Positions 1 to 13,399 are shown, counted from the stretch's first letter. The stretch: DNA of 64,000 bases from Octopus vulgaris (GCA_951406725.2 OX597821.1:41974001-42038000); one strand, 5' to 3'. The notes: generated by a model not told the origin, from the sequence alone. Translations and numbers: made by a program.

Positions 1-255
1 TGGATATTTCTATATTCCTGTCATCGTACTGTGTGAGTGGTTGCACTAATCAGTGGCTTGCTGTAAATAAAATACAGAGTAGAGGCACCAAGCAGTGATG
101 AGAACAAATCTAAACTTGCTTTCAGTCCAAATATGTTTCACGTATATTTGAACCCGTAATAATAAAATCGCTATATTTTTTGTCATGGAGAAATTTTTTC
201 ACTGTAGACAAATAGGTGTAAACACACCAAGTCAGTCCGAAATATGAATGTATGT

Positions 256-288
<33 letters not shown>

Positions 289-3181
289 CACACACATATA
301 ATTTATTTATACAATTTGTGTGTTTATGTATGTAAACGCCTGTGCGGGTGGAGGTGCGTACATGCGAATTTTGGTAGATTATTTATTTATAGATAAACGT
401 ATGAAGCGTGTGGGTGGCATGTGTGACAAACGAGATTAGTGCTAGGGCGGGGGAGAAGAGAGAAAGGAAATGTGTTACCTGTGCCCCGTCCAACCCCCGC
501 TTTATCAACAACAAGGAAGACCTAAAGCGGGTTGCTATGTTATCGGTGACATTCAGATACCAGTGTACATTAAGAATTAGGAATTATGTAGATTTTCAGA
601 TTAGAATGGGTAGCAGGGAATGGTAAGGCTACGAATTCCAACCTAAAGAAAACAACAAAAATACACAAAAGAAGCAGACCTGTTTAGAATTACTCAGGTT
701 TAAAAAGTTCGGGGTGAGAATAGTGAATAGTTTGCTGTGAAATTTAGGAGTGTCTCGCATACATTAAAAAGATACTTTCAAAGAGTTTATTACTAAAGTA
801 AATTCTGAAGAAAATAATTCATAATAAATTTGAAGAACAAAATATTGTTGTTAGTTGGACTATCCTAATTTTAATTCACACACACACACACACAAAATAC
901 ATTTGACAATACAAATCCGCGCTGAGCAACAAACCGCCTTTTGTTAGAAATTCTCTTTGTACTTGTCTTTCATTTCCTATTTCACTCCACCATTGTACCA
1001 AATGAGTAAGCATTTAACCAGGAAAGCAAAACAATGGCTTGTGATTTAAGCACAAGGTCATCAGTCTTGGAAGGAGAATGTGGGATTGGTCGAAGCCATC
1101 GATCCCAGTACTTGACTGGTAACCATATTTTATAGAGTCCGGAGGCAAACTTGTTCTTGGTGAAAACTGAACACAGAATGTAAAAAGATGGAATAAATAT
1201 CGCAAGGCTTTTTGTTCGACGCTCTGCCGATTCTGCCAGCTCTCTGTCTTTAATGGTTTCTGATTTAGGCGCAAAACCAACAGTTCTGAGGGAGAGGGTT
1301 AACAATTGGTTGGAACAATTGTCCCCAGTACGCGACTGGGGACAATCGAGGGATAAATGGCAAAGTTGACCGATGCAGAATTTGAACTCGGAAGGTAAAA
1401 ATTCGGATTGGGAAGGTAGAACAATAAAACCTCAATGGCAAGTTATATGTTGGGCTAAAAATAATAATAATAAATTAAGATAAATGATGTAGTCCTCACA
1501 ACGGCATTGAAAGGAAAGTTCTTTTATAGCTGATCCCCAATAATCAAACCCTAATATGCCCCACCCCTAGCCCTTTTTTTGTAGTAATCGATCTCTGGGA
1601 CGCTGTCAATTCTCTCTTTTTTTTTTTTTTTTTTTTGTATTTTTAATGTCTTCTTCAGCTCACTGTCCAGACTGTTCGTAAGTTGTTACTACAGAACCGT
1701 ACCGCTGTGTATCATTGAGAATGTAAAAGTTAAGTTTTTATTGAAGAATGCTGGCATTAATATGAAAGGAGAAATTGAAAGTTGTGACATTCATGTCTTT
1801 TATGAATCCAATTTATTATCTATCAAAGTGAAACAACAGCCGAGAATCAGAACTAAATGGTAAATTCATCTGGTAAGAGAGATGACCTCCCGATTCTGGA
1901 AGTCTATAAAATATCGTCAATAAACATGTCAACGAAGAAAGGTAATATTTCATCAGACAGAGCAAATAATCATACGAGAGATCAGAGGGCAGGAATAAAT
2001 AAAACCCAACGAATTAATTAATCGACGGTAATTAAATCAAATCAAATTTAGCGGCAGTACAGAAATTGGAAATTCTCCGATCACCTGAAGGATGGAAAAT
2101 ACTCCGAATGGCAAAATATGAGATAATCATTAATCGTAGGAAGATCGGAACACTGCCACGGCGCATTCACTGCTATCGTTACCGACGTCACCAACACCAC
2201 TGCCATCATCGCCAACATCTGACACAACTATCATCATCATCATGAATATTACTATCACGGCAAGCTGGCAGAATCGTTAGAATACCGGACAAAATGCTCA
2301 GCGGCATTTCATCCGTCTTTACATTCTAAGTTCAAACTCCACCCAGGTCGACTTTGCCTTTCATCCCCTCGGGATCGATAAAACAAATACCAGCTGAGCA
2401 CTGGGGTTCCGTGTAATCGACTTAACCTCTCCCCCAAAGTTGCTGGTGGTGGTGATGGTGGTAATGACAAGGATGATGATGATGATGATGATGTCATTGC
2501 TTAAAAAGCGATGGAAGCATCCATCAAGGCCCTGCATTCGGCCCCAACTCCCTTGTGAATCTTCCTAATTTTTCCTGCCTGCTTATAGGATCTCCTTTAA
2601 CTCTATAAAGCAAAATGGATCGGGTTTTATACGTTTTTATATCAAACCAATTACTTGTCGTGATCGCCTGATTCCGAGTGACATCAAGTCTCTCTGTTTC
2701 AGGAACAACTCAGAGACACGAATGATTAAACAATTATTTCTATTAATAATATAAACCAGTCTCATTGAAATATACTCTCCGAGGACACGTAATAACAGAA
2801 TACAGATAATTAATCAGAGGAACACAGATATTGAGAATAGTTCATAGGAGGTGGTGACTTCATGCCCTGCCCAAATGCATTCACGAAAATTGCCTACAGA
2901 CTCGAATTTCCTGGTAATCACAGCAGCGATATGGTTTCCGGTTAACATGCAGTTTAAAGTCGTAAAAAGTCTAAGGAAATTATCCTGAAAATAATGAAAG
3001 AAAATTGCAAAAAGTACAGCAGTGGTTATATGGTAAGAAGTTTGCTTCCCAACCACATAATTCTGGGTTCAGTCCCACTGCGTGGCACCTTGGGTAAGTG
3101 TCTTCTACTACAGCCTCGGACCGACCAAAACCTTTTCAATAGATTTGGTGGACGGAAACTGAAAGAAGCCCGTCGTGTATG

Positions 3182-3218
<37 letters not shown>

Positions 3219-3637
3219 ATGCATTTATATATCTTTGTATGTGTCTCTGCCACCGCTTGACAACCAATGTTTGTCTCCCCGTAACTTAGCGGTTCGGCCT
3301 AACGGACTGATAGAATAAGTACCAGGCTTTCAAAAAAAAAAGTACTGGGGTCGATTCATGAGACTAAAAATTCTTCAAGACGATGCCCCAGCATGGCCAC
3401 AGTCTAATAACTAAAACACGTAAAAGAAATAAGAGAGATAGAAACCGGAAGTGACGACGCAGACCTCCCATAATTTCATACAACCAATGTACACAACGTT
3501 CACATATTTAACGTCACGGAAATCTTTCTAATTGCTCAACGGTGTTCGTTGCTGGGTTTAGCATATTAGAACGGTATACATCAGCTGCTATTTCTGAAAT
3601 GCTTCAGATATCGCTGGAATATATTTTACAAGTAGAG

Positions 3638-3859
3638 GGCGGCGAGCTGGCAGAATCGTTAGCACGCCGGGCGAAATGCTTAGCGGTATTTCGTCTGCCG
3701 TTACGTTCTGAGTTCAAATTCCGCCGAGGTCGACTTTGCCTTTCATCCTTTCGGGGTCGATAAATTAAGGACTAGTTACGCACTGGGGTCGATATAATCG
3801 ACTTAATCCGTTTGTCTGTCCTCTCTGTGTTAAGCCCCTTGTGGGTAGTAAAGAAATAG
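3638..3859 (+). mobile_element. tRNA-derived SINE family B (GGCGGCGAGCTGGCAGAA head, GTCGACTTTGCCTTTCATCC central domain), full copy with TSD
   Basis: Pol III A/B-box-like head (TGGCAGAATCG / GAGTTCAAATTCC); 16-bp TSD ATATTTTACAAGTAGA at 3621-3636 and 3860-3875; more than 15 related copies in the window. Confidence 0.9.
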
Positions 3860-4137
3860 ATATTTTACAAGTAGATGTCTGTGGATGTGGAATAATCAAC
3901 GAGTGTTTTTGTTTTGTTTTTTTAATGTTCTTTTAATGAAATTTTGGGTTGTCACAATCACCATTCCTGACTTCTATCGCAATTTACTTTCCCATCTTTA
4001 TGCTTATAAACTGCATATTAATCTATGGATTCTTACACCTTGGACAGATGTCTTCTACTATAGTCTCAGGCCAACCAAAGCCTTGTGAGTGGATTTGGTA
4101 GACGGAAACTGGAAGAAGCCTGTCATATATATATATA

Positions 4138-4492
4138 AAAGCAATTAAGATTCAAGTCAATTCTAATGAATTTACTTGAATGCGGTACTTAACTTAGATG
4201 CACAAGAAAACTATATGGTGTTAACCATACAGTAATGTGGGGTGATTATAAACGAGAAAGAAGCAACAAGAATGGATTAGTTTTTAGTACAATTGTTTCA
4301 TACAAAGACAGGCTTTATTAAAAGTTGCAAATATTGCAGCAGATAAAAGTGTCCCGTACTCATCAGCTAAAACACATATGATGAGTACGGGACACTTTTA
4401 TCTGCTGCAATATTTGCAACTTTTAATAAAGCCTGTCTTTGTATGAAACAATTGTACTAAAAACTAATCCATTCTTGTTGCTTCTTTCTCGT
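4138..4492 (-). mobile_element. Non-autonomous Penelope-like fold-back element (pLTR plus inverted partial copy) inserted in (TA)n
   Basis: 114-bp inverted arms 4252-4365 / 4379-4492; left arm extends a further ~110 bp; (TA)n on both sides; contains an HHR. Confidence 0.75.
4282..4372 (-). ncRNA. Type I hammerhead ribozyme with long helix II
   Basis: Minus strand: UUUUAG-CUGAUGA-GUAC...GUAU-GAAA-CAAUUG-UA-CUAAAA; 6-bp helix I, palindromic helix III, GUA cleavage triplet. Confidence 0.8.
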
Positions 4493-4511
4493 ATATATAT
4501 ATATATATATA

Positions 4512-4885
4512 GGCGCAGGAGTGGCTGTGTGGTAAGTAGCTTGCTAACCAACCACACGGTTGCGGGTTCAGTCCCACTGTGTGGCATCTTGGGCAAGTGT
4601 CTTCTGCTATAGCCCCGGGCCGACCAATGCCTTGTGAGTGGATTTGGTAGACGGAAACTGAAAGAAGCCTGTCGTATATATGTATATATATATGTATGCG
4701 TGTGTTTGTGTGTCTGTGTTTGTCCCCCTAGCATTGCTTGACAACCGATGCTGGTGTGTTTAGGTCCCCGTCACTTAGCGGTTCGGCAAAAAGAGACCGA
4801 TAGAATAAGTACTAAAAGGTGGTGCTCCAGCATGGCCGCAGTCAAATGACTGAAACAAGTAAAAGAGTAAAAGAGAGTAAAGAGT
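4512..4885 (+). mobile_element. tRNA-derived SINE family A (GGCGCAGGAGTGGCTGTGTGG head, internal (TA)n/(TG)n, GAGTAAAA-type tail)
   Basis: A/B boxes (TGGCTGTGTGG, GGTTCAGTCCC); CORE-like TTGGGCAAG; near-identical copies at 5959, 15809, 19345 and 28785. Confidence 0.9.
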
Positions 4886-4920
4886 ATATGTGACATACAT
4901 TTATGTATCTGTGTACTTCC

Positions 4921-5378
4921 AGGTTGTAGGCACATTATACTGTCCACTTTTAAGATCATTTCCTGGTCCATGGATGTCATTAGGCGTGTCCAGTCTGTTG
5001 TTAGGAATAAAAACAGATTTTTGTTTGAGGTTGATCATGGTTACATGATTCACCATTATTGTGAAAGGCCTGGTTGGGGGCCCAGCCTTCCAAGTTCTTT
5101 TACAGGACTTACAAAAACTGAAGGGCTGCTGCAAAAATTATGTATTTTCAAGAGGGGAATATCTCTTTCTCTTCTTTCTCTTTTTACTTGTTTCAGTCAT
5201 TTGGCTGTGGTCATGCTGGAGCACCGCCTTTAGTCGAGCAAATCGATCCCGGGACTTATTCTTTGTAAGCCTAGTACTTATTCTATCGGTTCTCTTTTGC
5301 CAAACCGGTCAGTTACGGGGACATAGACACACCAGCATCAGTTGTCAAGCGATGTTGGGAGGACAAACAGACACACAA

Positions 5379-5429
<51 letters not shown>

Positions 5430-5820
5430 ACGGGCTTCTATCAGTTTCCGTCTACCAAATCCACTCACAAGGCTTTGGTCGGCCCGAGGCTATAGTAGAA
5501 GACACTTGCCCAAAGTGCCACGCAGTGGGACTGAACCCGGAACCATGTGGTTGGTAAGCAAGCTACTTACCACACAAAATCCTAATTTACTGATCTTCTT
5601 GTATTTTCTTTTACCCAAAGTCAAGAACTTTTCAACACCCCCAAGTACTGTTATAATTTTGGCAACAAGTGAAGTATAGAGGGCGTTAGTGAATCATGTA
5701 ACCATGATCAACCTCAACGAAGAGCCTGTTTTTATTCCTAACAACAAACTGGACACACCTAAAGACATCCATGGACCAGGAATTGGTCTTAGAAGTGGAC
5801 AGCTGAATGTTCCTGCAACC
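4921..5820. repeat. Diverged ~130-bp inverted repeat pair enclosing a mariner-MITE remnant that is split by a SINE A
   Basis: 4921-5053 is the reverse complement of 5689-5820 (e.g. GATCATGGTTACATGATTCAC / GTGAATCATGTAACCATGATC); 5060-5165 and 5575-5645 match the MITE at 20796. Confidence 0.75.
5175..5577 (-). mobile_element. SINE family A
   Basis: Reverse complement of the family A sequence with internal (TA)n. Confidence 0.9.
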
Positions 5821-5958
5821 CCGATACAAATACACACACAGATAGTTACTAGCATATCACAGACATACACAAAAACTGACATATAATATATATAAATATA
5901 AATAACAGAGATACATACACAGACATGATATATATATATATATATATATAAATATATA

Positions 5959-6123
5959 GGCGCAGAAGTGGCTGTGTGGTAAGTAGCTTGCTTACCAACC
6001 ACATGGTTCCGGGTTCAGTCCCACTGCGTGGCATCTTGGGCAAGTGTCTTCTGCTATAGCCCCGGGCCGACCAATGCCTTGTGAGTGGATTTGGTAGACG
6101 GAAACTGAAAGAGGTCCGTCGTA

Positions 6124-6159
<36 letters not shown>

Positions 6160-6386
6160 GTATGTGTGTGTATATATTTGTGTGTCTGTGTTTGTCCCCC
6201 TAGCATTGCTTGACAACCGATGCTGGTGTGTTTACATCCCCGTCACTTAGCGGTTCGGCAAAACAGACCGATAGAATAAGTACTGGGCTTACAGAGAATA
6301 AGTCCCGGGGTCGATTTGCTCGACTAAAGGCGGTGCTCCAGCAGGGCCGCAGTCAAATGACTGAAACAAGTAAAAGAGTAAAGAGT
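5959..6386 (+). mobile_element. SINE family A, full length
   Basis: Head, internal microsatellite and tail all present. Confidence 0.9.
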
Positions 6387-6515
6387 ATATACACACAGAA
6401 ACACAATCTGACTCATAGTGTACATAGATATTATATACATAGGTATGTGTATCTACATGTGTATATATCAATAAATATGTGGATATATTTGTTTGTGTGT
6501 GTGTGTGTGTGTGTA

Positions 6516-6723
6516 CAGGCTGGCCCAAAACTAGGTATACAGTTATTCAAATATCTCTTTCACATTCATATATTAACCATTTCGATCTTAATAATAAAAA
6601 AATATGAAACCATTATTCTCTGTTAATTTACTTAATTGTAAGATAGAAATTTATATGTAATAAAATGTTTTAAAAGAAATTTAAAGTGCCTACGTAATAA
6701 CTGTAAACCTACTTTTGGGCCAC

Positions 6724-6727
<4 letters not shown>
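6516..6727. mobile_element. Tc1/mariner-type MITE
   Basis: TIRs CAGGCTGGCCCAAAACTAGGTATACAGTTATT / AATAACTGTAAACCTACTTTTGGGCCACCATG, preceded by TA. Confidence 0.75.
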
Positions 6728-6758
<31 letters not shown>

Positions 6759-6759
6759 A

Positions 6760-7177
6760 TAAAATTGAATAAGGGTAGAAATTGATATTAATCAATTAAA
6801 ACCAGTGGCCTAGCATATTAAAGAAATCCGAAGATTAAAATATTTTTACATACAAAATTTAAAGGACTGACCACTAAAAGTGGAAGGTCAATATGCTAGA
6901 TATAGACGTCAAAATCGCTATTTTCCACAAAGAATGTGTTCTCAAATAAAAACTCAGCACAGAACCAAAGTGTAAAAAATAAGCAAGATAAATGAAAATA
7001 TACAAAATAATAATTGTTATTATTTTGTATATTTTCATTTGTCTTGCTTATTTTTTACACTTTGGTTCTGTGCTGAGTTTTTATTTGAGAACACATTCTT
7101 TGTGGAAAATAGCAATTTTGACGTCTATATCTAGCATATTGACCGTCCACTTTTAGTGGTCAGTCCTTTAAATTTTG

Positions 7178-7180
<3 letters not shown>
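6760..7180. mobile_element. Asymmetric fold-back element in a microsatellite (PLE pLTR-like)
   Basis: 164-bp arms 6850-7013 / 7017-7180 with 3 mismatches and a 3-nt loop; left arm has a ~90-bp extension; flanked by (TG)n and (TA)n. Confidence 0.7.
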
Positions 7181-7225
<45 letters not shown>

Positions 7226-7705
7226 CATGTTTTCTGTTTCTTTTTACTTGTTTCAGTCATTTAACTGCAGCCATGCTGGAGCACTGCCTTTAGTTGAACA
7301 AATCGACCCCAGGATTTATTCATTGTAAGCCTTGTACTTATTCTATCAGTCTCTTTTGCCGAACTGCTAAGTTACAGGGATGTAAGCACATCATCATCAG
7401 TTGTCAAACAATGGTGTTCGGGACAAACACAGATGCATACATACATACATACATGTTACCAATAGTTTATTGTTATGCAAAACTATATACTATATAGTAT
7501 GATTAATTTTATATATATATATATATATATACACCAAGTATTATAATGTAATTTATGACATGGTCTAGGAGATTACAGATTTCTGAATTGGAAGATTAAA
7601 GAATTTAGATGGCTTAATGGTTTAGGAAAATATGGAAGCTATGAAGAATAATGTGTGTTAAGAGGAGTGTGAATGAAGCAACATGTAGATAGGAATAGGA
7701 ATATA

Positions 7706-7835
7706 GAAGAAGAAGAAGAAGAAGAAGAAGAAGAAGAAGAAGAAGAAGAAGAAGAAGAAGAAGAAGAAGATAGAAGAAGAAGAAGAAGAAGAAGAAGAAG
7801 AAGAAGAAGAAGAAGAAGAAGAAGAAGAAGAAGAA

Positions 7836-7880
<45 letters not shown>
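7706..7880. repeat. (GAA)n microsatellite
   Basis: Directly visible; source of the poly-E/R/F/L ORFs. Confidence 0.95.
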
Positions 7881-8464
7881 TGATGATGATAATAGTTTCA
7901 AATTTTGGCACAAGGCTGGCAGTGTTGGGGTTAGGGGTAGGAGTAAGTCAACTGTATTGGCCCCAGTACTTAATGAGATAATAAAAGAATAAATGATTAT
8001 CTTGTGGACTTCGTTAGCTGAAGTTCATAACATAATTGTACATTCTTTCATCATCTAATTTTCTTCCATCCATCCAGCCATCCATCTATCTATCTGTGTG
8101 TGTTTATGTGTGTGAGAGTACATATATTTATATACACTCACCAATACAAACACACACAACAATTTACACTCCTTTTAATTACAAGGAAACAAAGAAAAGG
8201 GAAAAAAGAGGGATTAAGTAGCAAAAATGTAGGGGGCAGGAGTACACTCCAAAACAAACAATGTATTAAGCTATGCATATATATATGTGTGAAAATTACC
8301 AAGGGGGAAACATTGTGTAAGTGATTAGATGGATGGATCCTTAGATCATTCAGAACCAGAAATAAGGGTACTTTGCTACTCCTATGGAGAACTTTTTCTC
8401 AGTTATCTGAATGACTGCTCTCAACTGTGGTTGAACTGGTGACAGACGGTCGAACTGACAGCAG

Positions 8465-8900
8465 AACTTGAGGTAATCCAGTGCCACTACACAAAGGAGA
8501 TTGGCTCAGTGAAACGGATGAGCAACTGGGAGAGGATACAAGAAGTGAAGCTCTACTCCCTAGAGAGAGAGCGAGAAAGGTATGCAGTGATGTACATACG
8601 GAAGATCCTGGAAGGTCTACCTCCCAACTTTGGAACTAAAAGCTATACCAACCACCTAACTGGATGGCACTGCATAATACCAAAGATCCCGTCTTCTCCA
8701 TTCCAAATAAGGGCCCAGTATAGCAACAGCTTGTGTTTCAGGGGACCCAAACTGTTAAACATCCTGCTAAAGAACCTAAGAGATTTGTAAGGTGTAGATG
8801 AGGAAACCTTCAAAAAGCATCTGGACATATTTCTATCTCAAAATTTAAGATGAACCCACAGCACAGCAGTAGGCACAACAAAGGGTTGCTCCATCCAACT
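8465..8900 (+). pseudogene. CR1-group LINE ORF2 C-terminal remnant
   Basis: WERIQEVKLYSLERERERYAVMYIRKILEGLPPNFG...NSLCFRGPKLLNILLKNLRDL*GVDEETFKKHLD resembles the end of CR1-clade ORF2; internal stop. Confidence 0.75.
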
Positions 8901-9224
8901 TGTTCCTACACATAAAACAGCACAGAAAGGATAACCAAACACACTGAAAGGCAGTGCTCCAGCATGGCCCCAACATTTAGCTGAAACCAGTAAGCGATAA
9001 AGTGCAAAAGACAAAGACTTATACTCACACACACATACACTTATATCAGTTTTACTATACTCTTAGTTTGCTTTGTAGGCAAAACTGAATAACAAGAGGC
9101 TAACTCAGCCAAAACAAAACATTATTAAACTCTACCATAGTTTTGAGATAGCTGGGGGTTTTTTCTGACAGCTAAAACTAAACAAGATACGTGTGTGCAT
9201 ATACATATTAATATATGTGTGTAT

Positions 9225-9255
<31 letters not shown>

Positions 9256-9301
9256 TAGATAGATAAATATGCATACATATGTGTGTGTGTGTGCACGTAT
9301 G

Positions 9302-9350
<49 letters not shown>

Positions 9351-9364
9351 AAATCACTGACATA

Positions 9365-9835
9365 GCCGGTGGAAGAACTGCCTGATTGGCACTCGTGCCA
9401 GTGGAACGTTAAAAGCACATCCGAGCATGATCGTTGCCAGGGCCACGGTTTGGTTCTCGTACCAGTGGCATGTAAAAAGCGCCATTCAAGTGTGATTGTT
9501 ACCAGCATTGCCTTACCAGCACATGAAAAACAACATTCGAGCATGGTCATTGGCAGTGCCGCTGGACTGACTCCTGTGCAGGTAGCACATAAAAAACACC
9601 TTTTGAGCGTGGTCATTGCCAGAACCGCCTGACTGGCCCTCATGCTGGTGACACATAAAAGCACCCACTACACTCACAGAGTGGTTGGCATTAGGAAGGG
9701 CATTCAACGGTAGAAACTTTGCCAGATCAGATTGGAGCTTGGTACAGCCTTCTGGCTTTCTAGACCTCAGCCAAACCATCCAACCCATACCTGCATGGAA
9801 AGCGGACGTTAAACGATGATGATGATGATGATGAC
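9365..9835 (+). mobile_element. SINE family C 3' part with (TGA)n tail and internal ~45-bp minisatellite
   Basis: GAGTGGTTGGCATTAGGAAGGGCAT...GGACGTTAAACGATGATGATG; degenerate tandem units at 9370-9670; copies at 10180, 13717 and 14460. Confidence 0.8.
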
Positions 9836-10842
9836 AACAAAAATGAATAGGGATTTGGAATCCAGGCAGGTACCCTATTAGTACCCTGATACAATCCACA
9901 TCTGGCTAACCATATTGAATGATAGAGAACCTACAGCATTGTTTAAGATAAATAATTACATGGAACTTCACTCAATGGGTAACTCCTGAATTCGTTACAC
10001 TGGATTTCATACGGCATACAGAGTGTATAATTAAGACATCATAAAGAGAATGGAGAATTAGACAACTTGCAAAATTGTCTGCTACAGTATCATTCTAATT
10101 TAAATTCATATTTGATTCCAATCCATAAATGAGTTTTGGAAATCTATAATTCTCCATTCTTCATTATGATTATACATCATCATCATCATCGTTTAACGTT
10201 CGTTTTCTATGCTGGCATGGGTTGGATGGTTTGACTGGGGTCTGGAAAGCTAGGAGGCTGCACCAGTCACCAGTCTGATCTGACAATGTTTTTTACAGCT
10301 GGATGCCCTTCCTAACACCAACACACACACAGACACACATATATAAATACATATGTGTGTACAAATATATATATAAACCAATATACCTATATAAATATAC
10401 ACATGTGCATACATACATACACATACATGTATATATACACATATATATTATTGATATACATCTCAGGAACTTTCTCTCCCAAAGGCCAGTGTTCAATCCA
10501 CCTTACCCCCACAAGTAAGAATACAGGTTTTGCAGCATGAAAGCAGAGCCAAACTATTGTCGTTTCCACAATCTGACCATCACCACCAACTTTCCTTCTG
10601 CTTCCAAATCCTTCAAGAGAGAATCATTCATTTAATATCTTTATGATGGTCAGTGAACTACCAATCATTTTGGTCCTTCGAAAAATCTTCTTTGGGGCTC
10701 AACAGCCTGAGATTGGTTTACATTACTTTGTCTCACATCTTCCACAGCTTCCATCCATATTAAACAATCAGCACTTCTTTATAAAGCTGCCTCATCAATG
10801 TGCATCACATACCCTACATCTTCTTCCTCTAATACCCTGTTT

Positions 10843-11255
10843 TCATCATCATCATTGTTCGACCGTGGTTGAGACAATGGAATTTACTATGTTACACCAG
10901 ACTTCACGGTCCATCATAGTATTAGGGAGGTCCTGTTGCTGGATGCCTGTATCCCTGGAGATTACATTAGGGTAGGAGAGTGTGCGCCCTCTGGTATCGC
11001 GAGCAGATGGCTTCCAGAGGAGAAGAGTAGAAATTACCTCGTTTTTCAGCTCTACAACAATGTCCAGTAAACTGAACTCTTCTACCTTTCACAAGAGATG
11101 ATACAGATGGTAATTTCCCATATATTTGTACTTTGGTTGGATGACGCTTCCACGAGAGATTTTGAGCGCTCATAAGGAGGCGAGTGTAAGCTCCATCCAA
11201 CCACCTCTCAAGCTCCTTTGATAACGTCCAGGTTTCTGAGCCATATAGTTTTACT
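10843..11255 (-). pseudogene. RTE-clade LINE 3' end remnant
   Basis: LYGSETWTLSKELERWLDGAYTRLLMSAQNLSW...RRVQFTGHC is typical of the RTE post-RT region; ends in a (TGA)n tail; frameshifted. Confidence 0.8.
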
Positions 11256-11482
11256 CTCAGCACCTTTGTACACTGACATTGCACATGCAGCAAACCATGA
11301 ATGTTTCATTTCTCTCTGGTTCCCACATGTTCTCTGCATTCAGAGCCAACATTTCTCTACCATGTCACATTGTGGTTCATACACAACCATTATATAATTT
11401 GTCTTCTAACTTTGAGAAAGGGAAACTTTTTGCTACCAACAGAGATAATAACTTTTTTAACAGCTATGTTTTTAAAACTTCA

Positions 11483-11720
11483 AGGCTTGTGGCTAAGTGG
11501 TAAGGGTGTTGCACTTGTGGCTGGAAGATTGTGGTTTCAATACCTGGACAGGGTGATGCATTGTGTTCTTGTGCAAAATATTTCACATTGCTCCAGTTCA
11601 CTCAGCTGGTCAAAATGAGCAATTCTATGATGAACCAGTGCTCCAGTCAAGGAGGGAATTTATATGTCACAGAATAGAGGAAACTGGCCTTATGATCTTC
11701 TGGTCTCGGGAATGACCTTT
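11483..11720 (+). mobile_element. Old tRNA-derived SINE (family D)
   Basis: TGGCTAAGTGG A box; homologous to the minus-strand copy at 24940-25205. Confidence 0.55.
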
Positions 11721-12189
11721 GATCTTTTTATTTCATCCCTTCAGAAGATCCTCTTCCATTGTTAATAGCATTGTTTAAGTAACAGAAATTATCTGCTATC
11801 TCTAGGAATATCGCTTAGCATTTAAGGAAATCTCTTTTCCCATCTGTTCTTAGAGTTTATTGCTCCAGCACATCTGACACATACAATAGGTCCTTTCAGT
11901 TAACCTTCCAATGACTTAAGGCAGCAAGCAGGCAGATTCAGGCAGACTCATTAGCATATTGGGCAAAATGCTTAGTGGCATTTCAGCTGTCTTTGCATTC
12001 TGGATTCAATTCCACCAAGGGTGACTTTGCCTTTCATCCATTCAGGGTTGATAAAATAAGTACCAGTTATGCACTGGGGTCGATGTAATCAACTTATTAC
12101 TGCCTCTCCCTAACTTGCTAGACTTCTGCCAAAATTTGAAACCTTCCTGTGACTCCAATGCACATCTTGTGTGTCCATAGTTTGGACTA

Positions 12190-13260
12190 GGTACATGATA
12201 TGAAATTTCCTGTGTTACGACCTGGAGGACAATGAAGAATAAGAGGGGACTGAGGACTGAATTTTGACACACTCCTACCTGCACACTAAATTCATTGCTG
12301 ATTCTCACCTAATTGACAGCACCTTTGTCCATGACTTGTATGGTCATTCATCAACTCCTAGCTTCCTCAACAACACCAGACCACAAAACAAAGGACCCTG
12401 TTGAAGGCTTTCGCCAAGTGAACAAAGACTAAGTATAACAGCTCACCTTTAACAGTTACCTTACTACAAAGACGGAATCAGTAGTACTTCTCCCCGAAAC
12501 TAAACCAAACTGCATCTCATCTAACCTAATTCTCTTCCTAATTAATTATGCTGTAGCAGCTCTTTCTGTAAATTTTGTGTCCTGATTCAGCAATTTGATA
12601 CCTCTGTAATTATTTCTGTGTACAGCATCTCTCTTACCCTTCTAAAAGCAGATTAAAATGCTGCTACAGCCATCACTGGGTATGACACCTTCCTGAACAA
12701 ACTCATTAACTATAAGGGTGATTAGCTCATATATTTTGCCAGTGATGGTTCTTCATAGACCAGAGGCTTTCCCTGCTTTTGCATCCTTAATCGCCTTACC
12801 TATCACACAGCTATCAGCTAGAATAGCTGGTCCCTACTGTTGCATCCCCATTAGGAAGACCCTCTTTCTCCCATGCATTCTTCACATTTAATAGCCTTTC
12901 ACCATAGCACATCTATGCCTCTTTCTTTTCAACCTCACTAAGTACAAATGTACCATTATCCTTCCGTACACACATCTCCATCTCAACATATCAATTCTCT
13001 CTGATACACCCTCTTGCAATCCAAAAGACCTTACACTTCTAATTTCCATGCCACAGAAGTTGGCAAACCTCTTCCTTTTCGTTTCTCCCTCTGCTATGTA
13101 AACTTCTTGTCTCGCTTCTCTTCTAGATACCTGGTATAATTTTCTGACACCTTCATTCATCCAGTCATTCCAAGCCTGTCTCTTCACTTTTATGGTTCGT
13201 CTACTTTCCCATTCCGACTGGAACAAATTAAGTGTATTGCTCCTTGGCTGGTTGTCTCTA
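12190..13260 (-). pseudogene. Decayed RTE-like LINE reverse transcriptase fragment
   Basis: Broken motifs NYRGIKLL, LAKAFNRV and VGVCQNSVLSPLLFFIVL in different frames. Confidence 0.7.
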
Positions 13261-13344
13261 AGGAACCTCCAATTCTATTCTACCTTATATCTCTTCAGCT
13301 GTCTTATACATGCTTCAACTAGTGCATCTCTAAATCTCATGTGT

Positions 13345-13390
<46 letters not shown>

Positions 13391-13399
13391 ATATATATG

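Noticed and set aside
982-1305. 107-aa ORF
   Set aside because: Overlaps degenerate SINE B sequence
4512-4580. tRNA genes at SINE heads
   Set aside because: A/B boxes are present, but there is no full cloverleaf and the sequence continues into a multi-copy SINE body
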